Origin: Macrostomum lignano
Taxonomy: Eukaryota
NCBI GenBank assembly: GCA_002269645.1
Contig: NIVC01004795.1
Coordinates: forward strand, 1-34,929
DNA length: 34,929 nucleotides
Reading direction: 5' to 3'
The notes beneath the pieces are model-generated. The model searched no databases. It was not told the origin of the DNA and saw nothing but the letters and a program-made list of their open reading frames with translations. Shown here in pieces: positions 20,067 through 28,205 of this stretch (its first letter is position 1; every line of letters starts with the position of its first letter). A program made the position numbers and the translations under genes.

Positions 20067-21430
20067 CTACTCGTCCTTGTCTTTGCCGAACTCCTCGACC
20101 TCTTCCTCCTCGCCCTCCACGCTGTCGACGCCGACTTCTTCGTAGTCCTTCTGCATAGAGCCAAGTTCCTCGCGGGACTCGGCGAACTCGCCCTCTTCCA
20201 TGCCTTCGCCGACATACCAGTGCACGAAGGCGCGCTTCGAGTACATGAGGTCGAACTTGTAGGCCAGCCGGTCCCAAGCCTCAGCGATGGCGGTGGTGTT
20301 GCTCAGCATGCAGACCGCTCGAGGCACCTTCGCGAGGTCGCCTCCGGGCACCGCGACGGGCGGCTGGTAGTTAAGGCCGACCTTAAAGCCGGTCGGGCAC
20401 CAGTCCACGAACTGGATCTCGCGCTTGTTCTTGATCTTCTGGATCGAGTCGTTGACCTCCTTGGAGGAGACGTCGCCCCGGTAGAGCAGGCAGCAGGCCA
20501 TGTACTTGCCGTGCCGGGGGTCGCACTTCACCATCTGGTTGCCAGGCTCAAAGCACGCGTTCGTGATGTCCCTGACCTTCAGCTGCTCGTGGTTGGCCTT
20601 CTCTATCGAGACGATGGGAGCGTAGGTTGCCAGGGGGAAGTGGATCTTGGGGTAGGGCACGAGGTTGGTCTGGAACTCGGTGATGTCCACGTTGAGCGAG
20701 CCATCGAACCGCAGGGACACCGTGATGGAGGACACGATCTGCGCGATCAGGCGGTTCAGGTTGGTGTAGGTGGGTCTATCGAGTTCCAGGTTTCTCCTGC
20801 AGACATCGTAGATGGCCTCGTTGTCCACCATGAAGGCGCAGTCGGTGTGCGGCAGGGTGCCGTGGGTGCACAGGATGGCGTTGAATGGCTCCACCACGGC
20901 CGTGGACATCTGCGGCGCCGGGTAGACGGCGAACTGCAGCTTCGCCCGCTTGCCGTACTCGGACGACAGCCGGTCGCACAGCAGCGAGGTGAAGCCGGAG
21001 CCCGTGCCACCGCCGAAGGAGTGAAAGATCAGGAAGCCCTGCAGGCCTGAGCAGTTCTCAGCCAGCCGGTTGACAATCTCGCGCACGGTGCCAATCAGCT
21101 CCTTGCCGACTGTGTAGTGGCCTCTGGCGTAGTTGTTGGCGGCGTCCTCTTTGCCGGAGATCAGCTGCTCCGGGTGGAACAGCTGGCGGTAGGTGCCGCA
21201 GCGAACCTCGTCGACCACGGTGGGCTCCAGGTCCACGAAGATGGTGCGCGGCACGTAGTGACCGCCGGGGTCTCGGAGAAGAACGGCTCCTGCGAGTCGT
21301 CGCATTTCTCCCTGCCGGCCATCATGAGTCCGTCGGGCTGGATGCCGTGCTCGAGGCAGTAGAGCTCCCAGCAGGCGTTGCCAATCTGGATGCCGGCCTG
21401 GCCGACGTGGATGGAGATGCACTCGCGCAT
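20067..21430 (-). CDS. TUBA: Divergent alpha-tubulin, intronless CDS, 454 aa after restoring one base at the G4 run 21267-21270
   Basis: [13 protein letters not shown] start, GGGTGSG GTP motif, [53 protein letters not shown]. The two supplied ORFs join if ACCCC is read as ACCCCC ([10 protein letters not shown]). Confidence 0.95.
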
Positions 21431-21732
21431 GCTGCAAGCTGGGAGGCTTCAGGTGGTTTGGGCCGGCGGCACGGGCTAAATTTGGCTCGTTTTCTGCAGA
21501 AGGCAAGAAATTGAACCCTTTGATTGCGGCTCTGGGCCGCCGGGCGCGGCTTCATCTGGACTGCGGTGTACAGGAGCGCTTCGCTGCTGCTGTCTATGGC
21601 CCAGCCCAATATAGCTGGGACCGAAATATCCTAGCGAGGAGTTCTAAAAATAGACGTAGAGTTTATATTGGAACACGGTGCTTCCCACTTGGCAACATGA
21701 CTAAATCCTCAGTAGCATAGATTAGGTAAATA

Positions 21733-21877
21733 ATAAACGCCGTTTAATTTACATTCTGTGGTTAGAATGTCCGAGGCTGCGTTTAATGGTCTCGAGGCGA
21801 GCGTAGCGAGCCGAGGACCATTGATTGCAGCCGAGGATATTCTAACCATCGACTATGATGAATTAAACGGCGTTTAT
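21733..21877. mobile_element. Palindromic MITE-like foldback element
   Basis: Perfect 17-bp inverted ends ATAAACGCCGTTTAATT (21733-21749 / 21861-21877), inner arms TGGTTAGAAT/ATTCTAACCA and GGCTGC/GCAGCC, centre CGAGGCGAGCGTAGCGAGCCGAGG. No clear TSD. Confidence 0.6.
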
Positions 21878-22355
21878 CATATATTAAATTCGATTGCTCC
21901 TGATTTCGAGGAGATTATATGATATACTCGTAATATCCTAGTTTTTGCAAGGACAACTTGATAACTCTGGACCGGAAACGAGCCAATTCATGGCGAAAAA
22001 AGTATGAGGCTCGTTTAAAAGCATTGTTCTATGGCCCATCCGTATGCGCATGCTTTCAGTTGCCAATGTATACTCTTATCATATTTGCCTTTTTGATAGG
22101 CAGTCAGAAGGCGGGTGCAGGGTCGGTTTTCTTAAATGTTGAATAGTTTTATTACATAAAGTAAACGTTGTGAAAACACACAATGGGAAAGCTGTACATG
22201 CAGCACATGTATAAGGAAACTCGAGAAAAATTTACGATTCTTTCTTCATCTGAACTACAAACAGAGAGGAAAATAACAGTCACAGAACGGGACAAGAGCT
22301 GACCATGATAAATAGTGAAGTGTTTGCTCCAGGTTCGCTCACTGTCCACTCAGCT

Positions 22356-22720
22356 TCAGTATTTTTCTATGTGCACTTTATCCGGTGAAGGAGCGCTCTT
22401 TGCTCCTCGTTGAACATAACCATTGAAGAAACAGTTAGTGAGGCGCACGCAGCATCCCAGAACATCTGCTTCAAGGAAGTAAAACTCGCCAACGGCAGCA
22501 AACAATTTCCGCACTCGCAAAGCACATGACGGTGATCGCAGCGAAATGAAGCATCCGAAACAGAGGCAAGCAAAATTAAACAGCCACTTTGGCGGGTGCT
22601 TCAACTTTCCCCGGGAAATCATTTCAGTGAATTCACCGAGTTGGGGTGTTTAAATTTTCGGCAGGATCCAAGCAGATCTCGAACCGTAACTGGTGAGTGT
22701 AACCGAAAGCATCGCACGGA
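22356..22720 (-). pseudogene. C-terminal fragment of P-element-like transposase
   Basis: AFGY ... LGEFTEMISRGKLKHPPKWLFNFACLCFGCF...RLTNCFFNGY resembles, from memory, the YIAGY...RGGL..P C-terminus of invertebrate P transposases. It lies inside the TIRs. Not database-checked. Confidence 0.5.
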
Positions 22721-23079
22721 ATAGTTTGGTGAAGCGAAAACTCGCAGAACCATTTCGGCATTGGCGCTTAACGAGAAGATAAACAACTCCTCTTGAACAA
22801 TGGCAACAATAGGCTGATGTGCTTTGATGACGTCTGAACAGTGAATGGATGCTCGGAATTCAGTCCCCGATGGCAGCGTGTCACGCTCTCGAAATTCTAC
22901 TAGTTCATCTTGGAAAAGGCATCGTTCGGACAACAGCACGCCCCTTCCCTCAGCCTGTCGACTGGCACGCACTGCAATATCCAAGCACGCATCTTAGTGT
23001 TTCGTTTCGACCCTATTTGATGGAGTGCAAATACGCTCGAATATTTGAATTAAAGCAGTAGAACTTCACAAACCTTGTG

Positions 23080-23436
23080 TTTAAACGAGGCAGGACTGCG
23101 GGACTCCGTCGAAAACTGGTGGTGGATGTAGCGGCCTTTCATTTCTTCCCTTTTTTATCATTGGTCCATCTTGAGGCCAGTGCTTAGCACACACGCCCAT
23201 GTAGTCTGTCACGGTCTAAACAACAACAGAATTGTTAATGAATTCATGTGGCCAGGCTAAATCTGATTCACAAAGCACATTTGAAGAAAGTCTTACCGTC
23301 AGTTGATTAGACAGAGACAGTCGCCAAGCCGATCTCGTTCAGTTGCATCTTTAGGAAACGAAAATACTGCAACATTCCGATCACGGTTACTATTGTAGTT
23401 TGCACAACAGAAAATGACGCTGCATTTTCTCGGCAT
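23080..23436 (-). pseudogene. THAP zinc-finger (C2CH) N-terminus of P transposase, with an 81-nt intron
   Basis: MPRKCSVIFCCANYNSNRDRNVAVFRF(P)KDATERDR(L)WRLSLSNQLT, then intron GTAAGA 23296...TTTAG 23216, then TVTDYMGVCAKHWPQDGPMIKKGRNERPLHPPPVFDGVPQSCLV*. Two single-base restorations in short runs are needed. Confidence 0.8.
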
Positions 23437-25000
23437 GATATTTAGTTTCAGCAAGAATATAAGTTCTCTCTCTCAATTGCAAGTGCATGCGAAGAACTCA
23501 ATTTTCAGCTCAGATTTCTTCGCTTTCGTAGCTTTGGATGGGCCATGGAACAATTCTTTTAAACGAGCCTCATACTTTTTTTCGCCATGAATTGGCTCGT
23601 TTCCGGTCCTGAGTTATTAAGTTGTCCTTGAGTTTTTGTTAAAAATTACCACAGACAACACATTCCCGGCTCAGAATAGTACAATTCTTTAACGATTAAA
23701 TAAGCAATCGTATTTTATAAATCCACTAATTCCTCAGTACGAGCTAGTATAAAAATAACAAAACAATAAAACGATTACCCATTAGGCTTTTCACATTACC
23801 TATTCCAGAACCAGAATCGGTTCGGATCTTTTAAGAGAAAAACAGTATAACAGTTTAACTTTGTTGAATGTTTGACTGCCTTAACAATATTTCCCTTCGC
23901 ACAATTTTTCACTTTCTTCTTGGCTATATTCCAATTCAATAATTACAACTGAAGCCCTTTTTTGGTTCTTGCCGGAAGAGTTTTGATGCCGTCGTCAGCA
24001 TCTGCTTTGGATCCAAGCTGCATGCTGATTTCCAGGAGCACATTTTATCGTACAAGGTTGGTTGCATTTGAGCATGGCCATGCTGCACAGCAAATTGCCA
24101 TCTGCGATACTTTCAGCTGTTGTTGTTTACAATAGCTTTCACCTGTGACTTTTTTAATTTTGGTAACTAATTTTTTAAAGATTATTTTGGTTTAACTTTA
24201 TAACTGATATGCCCAAGTTGAACTGGCGCCAGAAACTGCAAGGTTTTTACAAATTGAGAAAAAACAAGTTTATAACTAACAGATTATATATATCTTGAAA
24301 GCCAAGACCAGACTGCAATATGCAACGTCTCTATGTTACATATTAGATTCTCAGACCACCTTTGATAGCTGATAATGATTTGTATTTCACAAACAGAAAC
24401 AAGTTACAGCTTGTTTACAATCGCAGCAGCTGCAAAGTTAAACAGCCTATTTTAATAATAAAGACTGAAAGAAGTGAATTAGCTACTGACAGTAGCTAGT
24501 GAAAAATACAAAGTCATTCAACTAAAATAATTGGCGTAAAATCTATTGTGTTCACCCTTCTCAACTAAACCTGCCGGTGCATGTTGCAGATATATATTAA
24601 CACCGCAAATAAGAAACATCAATTAGGATCATTTTTCAGAGCTGAGACATGCGAGGCATATGAGGAGTAAAGTAAGAATAGAATCCGGCAAAGTCTAGAA
24701 ATACTGCATTCACACCCCAGTGGACATTTGCCATCGAGTAAACCATTTTGCGGCCAATTTTAATTACTATTTTATTTTACTCTAACTAAAACCACAGATA
24801 CCAGAATAACAAGATCTCGCAACTCGCAGTTAAAAGGTTGTGAAATGTAGAACGTCTACTCATTTTTTAATTGTTTGCCTGCACAGTGTCACTCACTTCC
24901 TTCTTCGGGGTTTGGCGGCCTCGGGACCACACGGGGTTAAGACTGAACAGCGAGTCAACAAGTTTTTAACTCGATGGATGAAATTGAACGCAATTCAGCG

Positions 25001-25438
25001 AAGCTCAGCCTAGGGGCAGGCCCAATCTAGCTTAGCCAACGAGAGAGCAGTAAGGAGAGAGTTCAAAGTCAGACGGACAAAGCTCAGCCTAGGGGGCAGG
25101 CCCAATCTAGCTCAGCCAATGAGAGAGCAGTAAGGAGAGAGTTCAAAGTCAGACGGACAAAATTCAGCCTAGGGGCAGGCCCAATTTAGCTCAGCCAATG
25201 AGAGAGCAGTAAGGAGTTCAAAGTCAGACGGACGAAACTCAGCCTAGGGGCAGGCCCAATCTAGCTCAGCCAATGAGAGAGCAGTAAGGAGTTCAATGTC
25301 AGACGGACGAAACTCAGCCTAGGGGCAGGCCCAATCTAGCTCAGCCAATGAGAGAGCAGTAAGGAGTTCAAAGTCAGACGGACGAAACTCAGCCTAGGGC
25401 AGGCCCAATCCAGCTCAGCCAATGAGAGAGCAGTAAGG
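25001..25438. repeat. Minisatellite, ~75-80-bp unit (ACTCAGCCTAGGGGCAGGCCCAATCTAGCTCAGCCAATGAGAGAGCAGTAAGGAGTTCAAAGTCAGACGGACGAA)
   Basis: About 6 copies; the 75-bp period was checked between 25236 and 25311. Confidence 0.93.
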
Positions 25439-25864
25439 AAAAAGGTCAAAGTCAATTGTTTATCGGCCTGACTGGGGACTGGGGCGCCCAAATTTTCTCT
25501 TTCGCTCGCCATGTACACATACTGGATTTGAGTGTACCTTTTTAATACGGTGAATATGCTAATTTAATGGGTCTGCCGGTCTGCTTTTAGAAAGCCAGAG
25601 GCGATTGTTTCAGCTTTAAAAACTTTATAAAATCCTGAATATTTAATCGATTTTAAATTTTACTATTATTAAGGCAAAATACGCTTGTTTACTACTGAAA
25701 AAGTAGATAACCGCATTTTGCAAGCGACATCTAGTTATTCAAGTATTATATGACTAAAACAAAACTGAATTATGAATAGAGATAATTCAGTTAGCTTTGA
25801 AGTGAAAACGCATTACTGACTATTGGCAAGCGAGTAGCCGATTGTGGTTTAGTAAATAAGCATC

Positions 25865-27112
25865 TTAGTAATTGTCATCGCTGCTGGAATCATATTCTTC
25901 ATCACTTTCGCTGTAATCACTTTGTTCTTCGGACAGGTCGAAGATCGAATTGTCGAACTGGGAGCCGTCGAGTGAGTCGGAATCGGAATCGTCCGAATCG
26001 GCATCTTCAGATTCGGTATCGTCAGATTCGGTATCCGTATCGGCATCTTCAGAGCTAGAATCGGCATCGTCAGAATCCGAATCGACATGGCCGACATCGT
26101 CAGATTCGGCATCGGCATCGTCAGAGTCGGCATTGGCATCATCAGAGTCGGCATCGGCATCGTCAGAGTCGGCATCGGCAGGGCCGGCATCGTCAGAGTC
26201 GGCATCGGCATCAACATCATCGAAGTGAAAGTTGGTATCGGCATCGATATCGTCGGCGTGTGAGTCGGCATTGTCCGCATTGACATCGTCAAGTTGCGAA
26301 TAATCATTGACGTCACGAGAGTCGGCATCAGCATATATATCGTCGCTGTGATAGACGGCATCAGCAAAGGAATCGTCGCCGTGAGAGTCGGCATTGGCAT
26401 CGTCGAGTTGAGCATCAGCATCGAGGTCATGAAAGTCGGCATCAACATAGGCATCGTCGCCGTGAGAGTCGGTATTGGCAACATCGAGGTGGGAGTCAGC
26501 ATCGTGGTAATGAGAGTTGGCATTAGCATCCACATCGTCGCCGTGTGCGTTGCCATTGAAATTGTCGACGTGAGAGTTTTCAGCGTCTTCAGAGTTGGAA
26601 TCGGCGCCAGCTTCAACGTCGGAGTCGGTTTCGAAAGTGTTTGTGTCGATCTGAACAAACGGCAGAGCTTGCGGCTGCAAGTCGACTTGGGCCTCCTGAG
26701 CTTCGAATTCACCTTCCTCGAACTCGAACAAGTCGGCAAAGCCGAACGCTTGGTCGATTTGGCCGCCGTCGCTTCCGCTGTCGCTGTCGTCTTCATCATC
26801 GTCGTCATCCTCGTCGTTGCCGAAATCGTTGTTGACTTCGTCGTCGCTGATGCCGGTGTCGGTGGCTGCATCGGCGGCCGTGGGGTCGGCGACAGCCGCC
26901 GGAAGCTCCGGCAATGGCTCATCGTTAGTGACAATGTCGGAGGCGACGCCGAGGCGCAGGTGGATGGAGCCAAACGGCCGTCTGTCATACGGGCACAGCC
27001 GGCTCTGGCCGGTCCATGCGCGCAGACAGGGCGGACAGAACTGATGTCCTGGACAGGTGTCCGGAGTGGCTACAGGGCCGGAGAGTTGTTCCAGGCAGAT
27101 CGGGCAGGACAC
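25865..27112 (-). CDS. Exon 2 of PHD-RING-RING-acidic protein: C3HC3D RING plus a long Asp-rich tail
   Basis: ttcttcctccgctcag acceptor (the ORF-track 'M' is the GTG after it). VSCPICLEQLSGPVATPDTCPGHQFCPPCLRAWTGQSRLCPYDRRPF is C-x2-C-x13-C-x2-H-x2-C-x2-C-x10-C-x2-D, the PHRF1/SCAF11-type pattern. About 330 aa of D/E/S/A-rich tail follows, with 18-21-bp coding repeats. Confidence 0.85.
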   Translation of the reverse strand: MSCPICLEQLSGPVATPDTCPGHQFCPPCLRAWTGQSRLCPYDRRPFGSIHLRLGVASDIVTNDEPLPELPAAVADPTAADAATDTGISDDEVNNDFGNDEDDDDDEDDSDSGSDGGQIDQAFGFADLFEFEEGEFEAQEAQVDLQPQALPFVQIDTNTFETDSDVEAGADSNSEDAENSHVDNFNGNAHGDDVDANANSHYHDADSHLDVANTDSHGDDAYVDADFHDLDADAQLDDANADSHGDDSFADAVYHSDDIYADADSRDVNDYSQLDDVNADNADSHADDIDADTNFHFDDVDADADSDDAGPADADSDDADADSDDANADSDDADAESDDVGHVDSDSDDADSSSEDADTDTESDDTESEDADSDDSDSDSLDGSQFDNSIFDLSEEQSDYSESDEEYDSSSDDNY

Positions 27113-27217
27113 CTGAGCGGAGGAAGAAAAGGGGAATACAAAATAATTTGTCTTCTAACAGTTGCTGCAGACTCTGAAGGAGCAAAAATAAGGCAAAAGG
27201 AGTGCCGATACGAGCAA

Positions 27218-27510
27218 TGTAGCGAAACTGACGCCTAGCATAAGCGCCGATATGTAGCAAAACTGACGCCTAGCATAAGCGCCGATATGTAGCAAAACTG
27301 ACGCCTAGCATAAGCGCCGATATGTAGCAAAACTGACGCCTAGCATAAGCGCCGATATGTAGCGAAACTGACGCTTAGCATAAGCGCCGATATGTAGCAA
27401 AACTGACGCTTAGCATAAGCGCCGATATGTAGCGAAACTGACGCCTAGCATAAGCGCCGATATGTAGCGAAACTGACGCCAAGTAAAAGCGCCGATATGT
27501 AGCGAAACTT
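27218..27510. repeat. Intronic minisatellite, 35-bp unit TAGCATAAGCGCCGATATGTAGCAAAACTGACGCC
   Basis: About 8 copies in the single coding intron of the RING gene. Confidence 0.95.
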
Positions 27511-27580
27511 GGCGCTAAATCCAATAAAGACAGCCTAAATAAGTGGCACGAAACAGCGCTATCTGCTCAGCCCCTCTCAC

Positions 27581-27913
27581 CTGCAGCCTAGCAGACTCAA
27601 CAATCTCCTCATTGCCCGGGCGCCGAATTCTTAATTTGGCCAGACTGGCGCCGCAGCCTAGGCCCGGACAGCGGCCGGCGCGACCGGACGGCGCCGACTC
27701 GAGCCAAGTGGCCAGACAGGCCAAGTGGCAGCGGTGCAACTGGCAGGACTCGGCGCTGACAACACCAGAGGAGTCTGCGGCAATGCCGCCAGCCAAGCAG
27801 ATGGCGCAGGTATCGGCCGGGACAGCCGGTGGCGACCCGGGTCGCTGTTGGGCATTGGCGGCGCCGAGGCGGGGCAGCTTGCTGGCGGTCGGGCCCAGCG
27901 ACAACCATGATGC

Positions 27914-27947
<34 letters not shown>

Positions 27948-28205
27948 GTTGATGGCGCGGTGATGTCTGATGGTCCAGGCCGCTTCTTCGGCCGGCACAG
28001 CTGGCAGAGCGGGCGGCCACTGGATGATGAGAAAGTCGCAGAGGTGGCAGCGGCCGGCTGAAACAGGCTGCCAGTGCAGTGAGGATGAGCGGCCAGTAGG
28101 CAGGCTGAGCAGCGCAGGTGAGCAGCGCAGGTGAGCAGCTCCAGCGGCAATGCCAGCCTCGCAGCCAATGCAGGTGAGGGCCTCGCCGATGGCAACAGCA
28201 GCCAT
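27581..28205 (-). CDS. Exon 1 of PHD-RING-RING-acidic protein (frameshifted by a 13-bp duplication)
   Basis: cagcATGG at 28205. Removing one copy of the duplication at 28107-28132 gives CIGC...CSAC...HPHC...CQLC (C4HC3 PHD), poly-Ser, then CAIC-x17-C-x2-H-x2-H-x2-C-x15-C-x4-C (RING-H2-like). Donor GTGAGA at 27580, phase 0. Confidence 0.78.

Larger units (their letters stand above)
21948..23630 (-). mobile_element. Internally deleted P-superfamily DNA transposon (1683 bp)
   Basis: ~94-bp TIRs starting CAAGG (21948-22041; 23536-23630; 4 substitutions plus 1 indel) and a perfect 8-bp TSD AGTTTTTG (21940-21947; 23631-23638). THAP domain on the minus strand from ATG 23436. Confidence 0.92.

Noticed and set aside
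20220-21050. 276-aa + strand ORF, and the 314-aa + ORF at 26294-27238
   Set aside because: Antisense shadows of GC3-rich real CDSs (tubulin and the acidic tail).
21431-21506. N-terminal extension of tubulin (MPSAENEPN...)
   Set aside because: Non-ATG start in the wrong frame for the true N-terminus; canonical MREC begins at 21430.
22152-22349. HGQL..SR resembling Helitron/PIF1 helicase motif VI
   Set aside because: The motif is incomplete, no other helicase motifs are present, and it lies in the 3' part of the P element.
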